From Stegostoma tigrinum (lineage: Eukaryota): 64,000 bases of DNA. The notes beneath the pieces were generated by a model. It saw nothing but the letters and a program-made list of their open reading frames with translations, did not search any database and was not told where the DNA came from. The translations under genes were made by a program, and so were the position numbers. Shown here piece after piece: positions 25,760 to 37,629 of the stretch. The DNA lies in NCBI RefSeq assembly GCF_030684315.1, contig NC_081375.1, forward strand, positions 32,539,073 to 32,603,072, read 5' to 3'. The stretch's first letter is position 1; each line of letters opens with the position of its first letter.

Positions 25760-26290
25760 TGAACCTGCAATGGTTGAGGACCCTAATACAACTCCAGTTT
25801 AGGATGATAAGTGAATTTGAAGGAACTTGGAAGTGGTGATCTTTCACTACATTTGCTACACTATTTGTCTAAGGAGATGGAGGTCACAGTTAGGAAGGTA
25901 CGGTAGAACAGGGCTTCACAAGATGCTGCAGTGTATCCTGTTGCTTTTACTGATGCTGATAGGGATGGATTGTATGGTTAAGATGGTGGGTGGAAGTCAC
26001 TTCTTTATCCTGGATGGTATTGAGTTTCTGCAGTGTTGACAAAACTGCAGCCATCTGAACAAGTAAAGAATATTGCATTACACATGTGCTTTATGCCTTG
26101 TTGTCGGTGGATAGCACTTGAAGAGTCAACATGTGAGAGGTTTGCCACATAATTCCCATCCTCTGGTCTGTTCTTGTAGCCACAGCACTTATATGACTAG
26201 TTTGATTAAGTTTATGGTCAATAGTAATGCTGAGGGTGAGGGATTCAACAATTATAACACTGCTGAACTTCAATGGAAGATATTTTATTT
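25760..26290 (-). mobile_element. CR1/L2-group LINE RT C-terminal remnant
   Basis: ORF 26091..26402 contains ITIDHKLNQTSHISAVATRTDQRMGI. Confidence 0.75.
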
Positions 26291-26479
26291 CTGTTATTGG
26301 AGAACACCAAAAGTACTTTAGAGGTTGTAAAATGCTTTGAGATGCCCTGAAACTGCAAAAGGAGTAACATGATTGCAAGTTATTTCTTGTTGCAGTCTTC
26401 ATTTGTTTTTATATAATCAAAATATTTCAAACAAACATACTTAACAGTTTAATAAATAAAAAAAAGTGAGTTGGAAAAT

Positions 26480-28465
26480 CTTTTAGTGGAAGAAGAGGAC
26501 AAAGCTACAGTGTTAATTGAATACCTTGGATTTATCTTCACTAGATAAGAAAATTCTGGAAATGATGTGATAAAGGAGAAGGGAGCTATAATATTGCATA
26601 AGTTAAAAACAGATGAAGAAAAGCGACACTGAATGGTTACAGTATTGAACTTACAAGAGTCACTTAGACTGGATGGATTACATCTAATGTTCTGGAGGTT
26701 AAAGTTTGGGCAGCAATCTGCCAGTCTGCTTTAGATATACGGGAGATGTTAGAGCAATAGAGAGTTCAAAATGATAACTCCCAACTTTCAAGTAAGAGAA
26801 GAGGGGTAAGCCCAGAAATTGCAGGTCAATTAGTCTAACATCAGTGTATGGAAACCTATTACAGACAGTAATCTGGGACAAAATTATTTCGTGTTTGGAC
26901 AAATGTAATTTAATAAATGAAAATCAGCATAGATCTGCTCAACCCAAATTGTATATGATTAACTTTATGAGGTTAATTGATGTAATTAGTTTCAGGATTG
27001 ATTAAAATAATGCAGATAATGTTGTATATGTGGACATTCCAAGATTGTTGATAGATTAGTACACAAAAGACTTCTCCAAAATATTAAACAAGCAGTTATT
27101 TCATGGATAGGACAGAAGGCAGCAAATGCTAGTGAAATGTTATTTTCCCACCAGAAGAAAATGTACAATGGTGTTCTTCTGAATTGATATTTATTGAATT
27201 CTCCGTTTGGCATGTATGTCCTGTACTTGAGTATACAGGGTATAACTTTAAAGTTCACAGATGACTTTAAACTTCAAAGTGGTAAATAACAAAGGATATC
27301 ACAGAAATCAGAATAACCTGGACCAACCAAATGGGGAGACACCTGACAGGTGAAATATAGATCAGCAAAGTAGGAAACAATTCATTTTGGTAGAAAAAGC
27401 AAAATAAATTAAATGACATTATTGTAAAGTGATGCGGGGAGAAAGAGTCAGATAGATTCATAAGAGTTAGGGTGGAAGGATATGTTAAGAAGGTTGTTAT
27501 AATAAAAATGGAATCCTTAATTTTATTAATAAAGAAATAAAGTACAAAAGAATGGTGGAAATAGATCCAAAAGGGAATTGGATAAATAATATTATAACAG
27601 GTAACATTCAAGTCACAGAAATCACACACAATGACCATCTCCAATAAATGATAATCTAGCCACCACCCTTGACATTCAGTGATGTTACCATCACTAAATC
27701 ACACACTATCAACATCCTGGGAACTACCATTGATGAGAAACTGAACTGGACCAGCTATATAAATACAGAGGCTTCAAGAGCCGGTCAGCGGCTTAGGAGT
27801 CCTGCAGCAAGTAACTCACCTCCTGACTTCTCAAAGCCTGCCTACTGTCTATGAGGTACAAATCAGGGTTGGGACAAATACTGTCCACTTGCCTGGCTGA
27901 GTGTAGCTCCAACAACATGCGGGAAACTCAACATCATCTTGGACAAAGCAGCCCGTTTTGATTGACAACACATTCACAAATATCTGCTCCCTCCAGTACC
28001 AATGTTCAGTATCAGCAGTGTACCATTTACAACGTGCACTGTAGAATACACCAAGGCTCCTTATACTTTATGAACCTTACGGCCACTTCCATCTAAAAGG
28101 ACAAATACAGCAGATACCTGTGAACACTACATATGAAGTTCCATTCCTAGTCATTCACCATCTAGATATGGAAATATATTACCATTCCTTCAGTGTTGCT
28201 ATGTCAAAGTCCTGGAATTTCATTCACAAGCAGTTCAAGAAGGCAGCTCACCATCACCTTCTCAAGGGAAGCTAGGGGTAGGTTATAAATGATAGTCCAG
28301 CCAGTGACACTCAGATCACATGAATGAACTTTAAAAATATTGTTGAAAGAATAGATTTACATGGCAATAGGGAAAGAGCAATGGAATGGGACTGATTAAA
28401 TAGTTGTAACTGAGTTCTCGCAGACACAGTTGGCAGAATAGTCTTCTTCTGCATCATGCTAATAT
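26480..28465 (+). mobile_element. Old CR1 LINE ORF2 remnant, interrupted by a second LINE at ~27600-28335
   Basis: Degenerate KRGKPRNCRSISLTSVYGNLL and VVYVDIPR RT motifs; CR1 tail resumes at ~28340. Confidence 0.65.
27603..28335 (+). mobile_element. CR1/L2-group LINE 3' portion (second family)
   Basis: TINILGTTIDEKLNWTSYINTEASRAGQRL, then tail GGCAGCTCACCATCACCTTCTCAAGGG...ATGAATGAAC. Confidence 0.85.
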
Positions 28466-29124
28466 TGTAAGTTGAAGTAAAAAATTTATAAATTTAAAAA
28501 CAGGGATTATACTACTTCTGTGCATTCTTATTCAATTATTTCCCACTGCTTAGTCCCGCTTTAGCCAAACACCACATTTTGGAGATTGATTGAAAAAGTC
28601 AAAAGCTTTGGGTCTGTCCAAATGCCATGTCCACATCTTCAATTATAAATGTCAATATCCACATTTATAATTCAAACATGTTATGTATAGTTGTAACAAA
28701 ATAATTATACCCTTGCAACAATAGTAACACAATAGCTCATCAGGATTTATTTTAGATATATTCTTGTCCTCTATCTAACTCAACTACTAAAATTAGAAAC
28801 TTCAGAACAAAGCATGCATTCAGCTCTTACATTATCTCAAGCTTCATAATTTTACTTTAAATAATATATAAAATCATGTTTAGAATGGGGACTCAATTCT
28901 GAGCCATAGACTCTTAAAGGCCTACAATACAAAAACGGCCCTTTGGCCTAATGAGGCCATGCTGGTGAAAAATAGCGACTTAACCGTTCTAATCCCACTT
29001 AACCGTTCTAATCTGCTCCAGCACCTGACCCAAAGTCTGATTATTTGCAACTGATGTCCAATTATCCAAATACCCACTAAATTCACAGGTAAAGACCATA
29101 TTTGCTTTTGACTTCTCATGCACT

Positions 29125-29478
29125 ATAGAGTCCCTACAGTTCAGAAAGAAGTTATGTGTCCCACTGAGTCTGTGCTGGCCCTCAGAAGAGCATCCTACCC
29201 AGATGTAGTGCCCTACCCTATCCCGTTAACCCTGCATTTTCCATGAATATTACACCTCGCCTACAAATCCCTTGAATCTGGGGACAATTTAGAATAGCCT
29301 ATCCCCCTGACCTGCATATCTTTTGACATTGGTAGGAAGCCAGAGCACCAGCATAAACCCATGCAGAGACAGGGAGAATATGCTAACTCCCCACAGGCAG
29401 TCACATAAGGCTGGAATTGAACCAAGGTCCTTGTTGCATGAGGCAGCAGTGCCAACCAGTCAACCACCATGCCATCCA
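29125..29478 (-). mobile_element. V-domain SINE (HE1-like), diverged
   Basis: Homologous to 4113-4435. Confidence 0.8.
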
Positions 29479-29654
29479 AAAATTCTGCATAGCCCAGTCC
29501 ACAGCCCAGGGGCTACGCTACAGGACATTGATTAGAATGTAAAATAACAGCATGTGTCATTGAAACACAGATTTGAGTATTTTACGGGACAGGTAATTTT
29601 GAAATTAAAGCAAGTTCAATGTTCAAATACGAACTATTTCAAAATTGTGTAGCA

Positions 29655-31160
29655 GAATCATAGAGCATTGTTATAGCCAATAGAGTGTCTTTTGCACCAT
29701 TGCATCAATCTTTGAAAGAGCTGTCCAATTTAATCCCAAACACCTACTCTCTTCAAGTGTAGTCCAAATGTCTCTTGAAAAAAATATGCATTCCAGCCTA
29801 AGGAAAATTCCCTTTATTCTTCCTATTGATTAGATTAGATTTGATTCCCTTCGGTGTGGAAACAGGCCCTTTGGTCCAACAAGTCCACACCACCCCTTGG
29901 ATCATCCCACCCAGACCCATCCTCCTATAACCCACATACCCATGGTCAATGTAGTATGGCCAATCCACCTAGCCTGTACATCTTTGGACTGTGGGAGGAA
30001 ACCGGAACACCTGGAGGAAACCCATGCAGACACGGGGAGTATGTACAAACTCTGCACTGACAGTTACCTGAGGCCGGAATCGAACCCGGGTCCCTGGTGC
30101 TGTGAGGCTGCAGTGCTAACCACTGAGCTACCACACTGCCCCTAAATAACAGCATAAGTAACTGCATTTCATTTAACTTCCTGATCATTGGCTGATACTT
30201 TGCCAATTGTTTTAAATCTGTGACCTCTCAACCCACTTGCCAAAAGAATCAGCTTCTTCCCACTTGCTTTATCAAAGCTCCTTATCAGTTTGAATATTAA
30301 GTATCACTTCTATTCTAAGGAGGATGATATGATTTTCTCCCATGTCTCCACATAATTGATCAACCTCTCCTATAGTTTCTCCATGGTCTTGACATGTTTC
30401 CTAAAGTATTTTGAGCAGAATTATATGGAATATTCCAACTGGGGTCTGATGAGTGATTTTAATAGTTTTACCATAAAAGTAATTAATCCTTTGCATCACT
30501 AAGGGCAATGTATGCTTTCTTAACAATGTACCCTACTGTTCTTGCATTCCCTTTGAAATACTCCATTTAGATTATATGTCTCCAAAATGCATCACTTCAC
30601 GCTTATTCACATAAAGTTGTATCTGCCTTGCATTGATCCATTATTGTCTGTGGCTTCCTGAAATCTGCTACCATCTTATTCATTATTTACCACATTGACA
30701 AGTTTGTAATCTGCAAAACTTTTAATTGTATTTGTTATATTAAAATCAAGATCATTTAAATTTAGCAGGAAAAATACTAATCCTATAATCAATCTATTGG
30801 GGACAATGCTATATGTTTCCCTCCATGCATAAAAAACAGGTAATTTATGAGTCTTTATTTTCTAGTCCTATACCATTTACATACCCAGGTTACTACCATC
30901 CTTTTAATACTACATGCTTCTATTTGCTGAATAGGTCTATTACCCTCCATTTGATCAAATGGCTTTTGAAAGTCAACAACTCCACCATGGCACTACTTCC
31001 ATCAACTCTTTCATTTCATCAAGAAATATAATCAGATTAATTAGACATTATTTGCCCTCAACAAATCCATGCTGGTTATCTCTTATTCCCCAGGCTTCCC
31101 CAGGTGACAATTAGTTTTGTCTTTGACAACAGTGGCTAGTGATTTTCCCACCATTGACAT
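29655..31160 (-). mobile_element. Very old CR1 LINE remnant, interrupted by a SINE
   Basis: Scattered CR1-like segments (AGAATCATAGAG tail; CAAAATGCATCACTTCAC; ACAAATCCATGCTGG). Confidence 0.55.
29830..30143 (-). mobile_element. V-domain SINE (HE1-like)
   Basis: tRNA head GGGCAGTGTGGTAGCTCAGTGGTTAGC...GGTTCGATTCC and V domain on minus. Confidence 0.9.
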
Positions 31161-32042
31161 TCAGCCGATTGACAAGCAACATGTGTAATTCCTTTTAATG
31201 GAACAGGGTCTTTTTTGTTTCGATTCATTCAAGGGTTGAGTTTTTCCAAGCATTTATGCAGACCACACATTGCCCTTGATGCTGCTGAATGTGCAAATTA
31301 TATGTAAAAGACTGCCTTGAGGGTGAATGACAGGGGATAGAGGGAGGTGAGCAGAAACAGGGTCAGTTGCAGCAGCCATGGTCCTGCCTCCACGAGGAGG
31401 TGGCAGTGGGTGAGGGCAGTTGCTCCCAGTCCTAGCCACCCAGTTCCTCCATTCCCGGCCTTACCCCACTCTGGCCTCTAACCCACCCAACATGGTGATG
31501 TAATGTCACAATATGTATAATTTCCTTCCTTAAAGGACGTTAATGGATGAGATTTGTTTTTAGAACAGACTGATAGGTTCAATTACTAAGCCTAGCTGAC
31601 ATGTGCAATTCTCCCGTCTTTGCCTTCGTACCCAAATTCTCAAATTCCAGAAACGTTGTGGTGAGAGCTTCTGCCTCCCCAACCATAGATTCCTTTAGTG
31701 GATTACAGTGTATTCCATCCCAGATAACTGGTTCATCTTGAGGGCATCAACATATGCTGGAACAGATTGTAAACACTAGAGTTTGATGAGTAAGGGAGTA
31801 ACCTTTATGGGTTAATTGCTTTTGTAAAAAATATAGTATTGCTTGCAATCAGCATTTATCTTAAATTTACTGCTTAAGTTGAACGTTCTTCCAGGTTATG
31901 CAGGCTAAACAAACCCGCTGTCTGAAAGCAGGTGAAATTAGTTTATCAAATCAAAATCTAATTCTGAGAGGCTCTTGTGACACAGTGGTAGTATGCTGAC
32001 CTCTGAATTAGGAGGCCAAGCAGCATCTCAGGAGCACAAAAG

Positions 32043-32072
32043 CTGACGTTTCGGGCCTAGACCCTTCATCAG
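32043..32072 (-). ncRNA. Minimal hammerhead ribozyme motif
   Basis: Reverse complement of CTGATGAAGGGTCTAGGCCCGAAACGTCAG. Confidence 0.75.
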
Positions 32073-33017
32073 AGAGGGGGATGGGGAGAGGAAACTGGAA
32101 TAAATAGGGAGAGAGGGGGAGGCGGACCAAAGATGGAGAGTAAAGAAGATAGGTGGAGAGAGTATAGGTGGGGAGGTAGGGAGGGGATAGGTCAGCCCAG
32201 GGAAGACGGACAGGTCAAGGAGGTGGGATGAGGTTAGTAGGTAGCTGGGGGTGCGGCTTGGGGTGGGAGGAAGGGATGGGTGAGAGGAAGAACCGGTTAG
32301 GGAGGCAGAGACAGGTTGGACTGGTTTTGGGATGCAGTGGGTGGGGGGGAAGAGCTGGGCTGGTTGTGTGGTGCAGGTGGGGGGAGGGGACGAACTAGGC
32401 TGGTTTAGGGATGCAGTAGGGGAAGGGGAGATTTTGAAACTGGTGAAGTCCACATTGATACCATTAGGCTGCAGGGTTCCCTGGCGGAATATGAGCTGCT
32501 GTTCCTGCAACCTTCGGGTGGCATCATTGTGGCAGTGCAGGAGGCACCTCCTGCACTGCCACAATGATGCCACCCGAAGGTTGCAGGAACAGCAGCTCAT
32601 ATTCCGCCAGGGAACCCTGCAGCCTAATGGTATCAATGTGGACTTCACCAGTTTCAAAATCTCCCCTTCCCCTACTGCATCCCTAAACCAGCCCAGTTCG
32701 TCCCCTCCCCCCACTGCACCACACAACCAGCCCAGCTCTTCCCCCCCACCCACTGCATCCCAAAACCAGTCCAACCTGTCTCTGCCTCCCTAACCGGTTC
32801 TTCCTCTCACCCATCCCTTCCTCCCACACCAAGCCGCACCCCCATCTACCTACTAACCTCATCCCACCTCCTTGACCTGTCCGTCTTCCCTGGACTGACC
32901 TATCCCCTCCCTACCTCCCCACCTATACTCTCTCCACCTATCTTCTTTACTCTCCATCGTTGGTCCGCCTCCCCCTCTCTCCCTATTTATTCCAGCTCCC
33001 TCTCCCCATCCCCCTCT

Positions 33018-33047
33018 CTGATGAAGGGTCTAGGCCCGAAACGTCAG
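33018..33047 (+). ncRNA. Minimal hammerhead ribozyme motif
   Basis: CTGATGAAGGGTCTAGGCCCGAAACGTCAG. Confidence 0.75.
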
Positions 33048-33257
33048 CTTTTGTGCTCCTGAGATGCTGCTTGGCCTGCTGTGTTCATCCAGCCTCACAT
33101 TTTATTATCTTGGAATTCTCCAGCATCTGCAGTTCCCATTATCGCTGAATTAGGAGGCCTGGGTTTATGTCTCACCTGCTCCAGAGGTGTGTAATAACAT
33201 CACTGAGCAATTTCATTATAAAACGTACAAAAATAAATCTATTTTGGGGGGTGGGAT

Positions 33258-33360
33258 CTTGGTGTTGTGCAGTGGTTTGTCTTTAACCAAGAGGTTTGGT
33301 TTCACAACCCACCTGCTCCAGATGTGTTTCAGAACAAAGTTTTGATCAAGTTGCTTAAAA
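33258..33360 (+). mobile_element. Short tRNA-derived SINE, degenerate
   Basis: Similar to the split SINE at 31969-32017/33160-33215. Confidence 0.55.
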
Positions 33361-33989
33361 AGTTTATAATCTAGTTCTATAACTGCCAGAAAGTTCACTC
33401 AGCTAAATTTCATTAGCATATACAAGAAAGGCTGAATCGCATTTGTCATGGTGTGCAGCTGTAGCCAACTGAAATATTGAGAATTTGGTGAGCAAGGGAG
33501 TTCAGAGAGAAGGAAAGAGACATGTGCCTTTATTTCTCTAACTTCCTCAGCATGTAGGGCAGTGAGAACTGAAAAACTACATGAGGGGGAGACAAACAGC
33601 CAGTAGGGAGTCAGCTCTGTCAATCCCCATATCCCCAAAGCTACATTCAGATGAAAGTAAAAGGTGACATCATTGGGAAATGGATACCTGAGAATTTTGC
33701 TTACTTACCTTATGTCACAACATTTAAAAAGTGCTGGATTAGCATTTGAAATGTCATAAACTTAAGGTTTAGAACTAAGTGATGAAAGGGGGGACTAGTG
33801 CAGAGTGGGCGTCTTCTGTACTGTAAGGTTTTATGATTGTATGATCTTTTGAAACCCAGGAAATTTACAGATAGTTTTAAGGTTTCGTTAGTACCAGTAA
33901 TGTTTATGAGAGGTAATAAATCTTACTGGGAGCATTCGGGTGTACTGCTTACAAATTAATGACAGTAAATTGAGACACAAAGATGTCTG

Positions 33990-34837
33990 GGCAGGTGATG
34001 TGACAAGATTGCAGGATGTGAGATCCCTTGGACACCTGTGTAATCCAATGCAAACACACAGTGAGTGCCTGCAACACAGGGAACTTCAATTCAGGTTTTA
34101 TGAGCTGGAGGCTGAACAGCAGACTCATGAAGTAGCAGTAATGAAAATGCTACCAGGATTCTTTACTCCAGGTGGTTGTCACGCTCCTGATACATATGGT
34201 TTTCTAAGCTGGTCAGTTGTCAGAGACAAAAGGGTGTGAGGCAGGCATGGGCCTTAGAAGTTGGAGGGACCTCAGACTTTCCAATTGTTCAACAGTTTGA
34301 GGTACTTTGGCTTGTGTGGATGAAAGTGGAGGTTGCAGGTTGGATGGCCTAATTTACCATCATATCATGGTGAAGGAAGCCATTCAAGTGAAAAAAGAAA
34401 GAGGGAATATATTGGTGCTACAGCCAGGGCTGCTGGCATTGTTTTCTGAGCAAAGAGTGCGAGGCTGTGCTGCCCACCCTTTGTTAGAGTTTAGGGCTGG
34501 AGAGGAACTTGCAAGTGGAAGAGAAAGGATCTAGTCACTACCATGCATATAGGGAGCAATGACATAGACAGGTCAAAAACAAACAGTTTCTGCATTGGCA
34601 GTGTGAGGACCTTAATGCTTAACTATAAAGCAAAACCTTCAAGGTAATCTCTGAATCATTACCGACCCATGAGCAAATTGGTATAGGGTAAATAAAATTG
34701 GAGAAATGAATGCATGATGCAAAGACTGGTATGGCAGAAATGTGTTCTGGTTCATGAGGCACTGGTACCAGCTCTGTGGAAAGAGTGATCCATACAAGTA
34801 GGACAATCTACTCCTGAACTGACCTGGGCTTGATGTT
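33990..34837 (+). mobile_element. Degenerate CR1 ORF1 region (zinc finger/esterase-like)
   Basis: HSECLQHRELQFRFYELEAE resembles the CR1 ORF1 zinc-finger/leucine-zipper segment; downstream esterase-like remnants. Confidence 0.55.
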
Positions 34838-35160
34838 AGAATAGAATCCTTACAGTGCAGGAAAAGGCCGGTTAGCCCATGGAGTCACTGGCCCTCTGAA
34901 GAGCTTCCTTTCTGGACCCATTACCTTATCCCTATAACCCTGCAATTCCCATGGCCAATCCAGCTAGGCCACACATCCCTAACATTACAGGGCAATGAAG
35001 CTAAGCCCCCTCACCTGCACATCTTTGGAGTGTGGGAGGAAGCCGCAGCACTGGAGGAAGTCCACACAGACACAGGGAGAACATGCAAATTCCACACAGA
35101 CAGTCACCCAAGGCTGGAATTGAACCCAAGGTCCCTAGTGCTGAAGCTATCATGCCACCC
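34838..35160 (-). mobile_element. V-domain SINE (HE1-like)
   Basis: Homologous to 4113-4435, head partly deleted. Confidence 0.85.
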
Positions 35161-35502
35161 TGACACTAGTGTTTTAGTGAGTGGGGTAACTAAGAAAGTA
35201 GAGAAAGTTTTAAACTAGATAGCGAAGGCAAGGAAACAAGTTTTGAAAATGAAAGTTTGGATAGACAATCAGAAACAAAGAATAATATAGGAAATGATCA
35301 GTGATTGTGATCTCTCAGAATGAGGGTGACATCTGTTAGTCTGGATGACTCTTCAGATAACTGAGGTGCTTGATTTTGCATCTGTTAACATGGGACAAGA
35401 TAAAATGGATGGTGGCAGGAAGAGATAGAAAATTCAACTTTGAGAATAAACCACAGAAGACCAACCAATTTCAGGCTGAAATGTTGCTTCAGCAATCTCA
35501 AA

Positions 35503-35667
35503 GATAAGAGATAATGGGAACTGCAGATGCTGGACAATCCGAGATAACAAAGTGTGGAGCTGGATGAACACAGCAGGCCAAGCAGCATCTCAGGAGCACA
35601 AAAGCTGACGTTTCGGGCCTAGGCTCCTAAGATGCTGCTTGGCCTGCTGTGTTCATCCAGCGCCACA
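35503..35667. mobile_element. Short PLE fold-back insertion
   Basis: Minus arm ends inside HHR stem II (…TTTCGGGCCTAG), then a plus arm; TSD CTTCAGCAATC(T/A)CAAA at 35487-35502 and 35668-35683. Confidence 0.85.
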
Positions 35668-36299
35668 CTTCAGCAATCACAAAATCGGGTCCTGGAACCA
35701 TATGAGGAATTTTCTGCTTTTTGAGTTCTCTGCCTGAAGATCTCCATGGTGGATAGGGCAAGGTAGCATGTCCTGAGGCAACACCAACAGAAACTGGAGT
35801 CAAGCCCAATGCTGTTGACAATAATCTGATCTAAACTGGTGGTCCAGTCATCTCAATGTAACAACCTTTCATGTAATCAACTTCCTGTGGCAACATAGAC
35901 TTCCACCTACATGTTGTAGTCCTGGAACTGGGAATAGTAATGGTAGTGACTCCAATTACTCATTCATTACATGACTTACCAGGAACGTCTCCAGCTTTGA
36001 CCATCGGCCACTGGACGAATTTAGAAGTTGATACTCAATCCACTGAACCATGCAATTTTTAGGCTGAGTGTAGGTTGCAACAGAATTTATTTTTTGGAGG
36101 ACTCCTCGCCATAAGGGCTATCAGGTCTTTTTACTCTATCTTATCAAACTCATCTCATGAACTACCACCCCACTTCCAATTCTAACCTAATCTTACTGTA
36201 CATCATTCACGGAACAACTTGTCGATGCTAGGATATCTCAGAATTAGTTAGCATCTTGTGCTCCCACATCTTTTTCAAAAGACTGTTGAGCACCTGGAC

Positions 36300-36650
36300 A
36301 TCACTGCCAGTCTACGTCTGCCCTTTCCTGATCTTTGCCCTGGACATGGTGGTCAGGGGGAAAGTGGCATCCCACTTTGTGGGCACACACCTGGAGGTCC
36401 TGTTGTTTGAGATGGTACAGAGGTGAGATTTCCTCTTACCTTAGGGCCACCAGGGCCACCAGTGGAGGTCATGACACCCACCCTGCCAGCCTGGTATGAT
36501 GCTGCCAGCCAGGTTACAGCAGATTCAGCCAACTGGGGGAATGCACATCGCTGTAGAAAGGACAAGGTCCTTCTCCATTCTTCTAGAATAAGTTCCACCA
36601 TCTTTTCTTTGATTCCTCACATTTATATTACTCTATCACCACTACTGTAA
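36300..36650 (+). mobile_element. Possible Harbinger-type Myb/SANT-like ORF remnant
   Basis: PAWYDAASQVTADSANWGNAHRCRKDK resembles the AW..VA..VS.......R...QCRKK pattern of Myb/SANT-like domains. Confidence 0.4.
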
Positions 36651-36896
36651 CCATCTCCCATGTAGGACTGATGTTCTACCACTTTCACTATTACACAAAT
36701 TATTTTCCCTCACTTGCTCTCATCCACTTCAATCCTCAACTCTAGCAATGCCGCATGTCCGGCATGCTGCTAACTCACTTTCTCAGGATACCTTTCCATC
36801 TGCATCAAAAATAACAACTGCGCCACACACCTTTATTGATCATTATCCCTGCCTCTCCCATTCTAGGAGGCAAACAGGTTTCAATTGGCACTGGGG

Positions 36897-37056
36897 AAAT
36901 AAGATTGGAGAAATGAATGCATGACTTAAAGGCTAGTATGGCAGAAGTGAGTTCTGGTTCATGGGTCACTGGTCCCAGTACTAGGAAAACTGAGATCCAT
37001 ACGGTAGGACAATCTACTCCTGAGCTGCCCTGGGCTTGATGTTAGAATAGAATCCT
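36897..37056 (+). repeat. Diverged local duplicate of 34690-34850
   Basis: Colinear match including the CR1/SINE junction GGGCTTGATGTTAGAATAGAATCCT. Confidence 0.85.
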
Positions 37057-37289
37057 AGAGACATTGATCTAGGAGTCATGTCAAATCTATAGGCAGTATT
37101 TTGAAATGTGAATGTGTAGCCTTGGAGATCATAGCCTTGCTGTGCTCTGCATTATAATTTTGGCAGGATTTTACAAAGAAAGTCCAAAATTTCAATAATG
37201 CTGGAACAGTCAAGTTGGGTGATGGGCTGCCTGCAATTCAGCTCATCACCCCTTATGTAGAGAGAATCCTAAAGCTTACTGCCCAGGAT

Positions 37290-37629
37290 CATCCCACCTC
37301 CTTGACCTGTCCGTCCTCATCCCACCTCCTTGACCTGTCCGTCCTCATCCCACCTCCTTGACCTGTCCGTCTTCCCTGGACTGACCTATCCCCTCCCTAC
37401 CTCCCCACCTACACCCTCTCCACCTATCTTCTTTGCTCTCCATCTTCGGTCCGCCTCCCCCTCTCTCCCTATTTATTCCAGTTCCCTCTTCCCATCCCCC
37501 TCTCTGATGAAGGGTCTAGGCCCGAAACGTCAGCTTTTGTGCTCCTGAGATGCTGCTTGGCCTGCTGTGTTCATCCAGCCTCACATTTTATCATCTTGGA
37601 ATCTCCAGCATCTGCAGTTTCCATTATCT
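37290..37629 (+). mobile_element. PLE 3' UTR insertion with 28-bp tandem triplication at its 5' junction
   Basis: (TCATCCCACCTCCTTGACCTGTCCGTCC)x3 at 37289-37371; TSD CTGCCCAGGAT at 37279-37289 and 37630-37640. Confidence 0.9.
37504..37533 (+). ncRNA. Minimal hammerhead ribozyme motif
   Basis: CTGATGAAGGGTCTAGGCCCGAAACGTCAG. Confidence 0.75.

Larger units (their letters stand above)
32018..33144. mobile_element. Palindromic (fold-back) PLE insertion into a short tRNA SINE
   Basis: ~530-bp inverted arms around a 2-nt centre (32545-32546); TSD CTGAATTAGGAGGCC at 32003-32017 and 33145-33159. Confidence 0.93.

Noticed and set aside
28978-29013. Tandem duplication of ACTTAACCGTTCTAATC
   Set aside because: Ordinary small slippage duplication
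1688-32774. Long antisense and alternate-frame ORFs over PLE copies (e.g. 1688..2092, 10944..11348, 11493..11861, 32028..32774)
   Set aside because: Shadows of the GC-rich PLE ORF, or products of the palindrome; no independent protein signal
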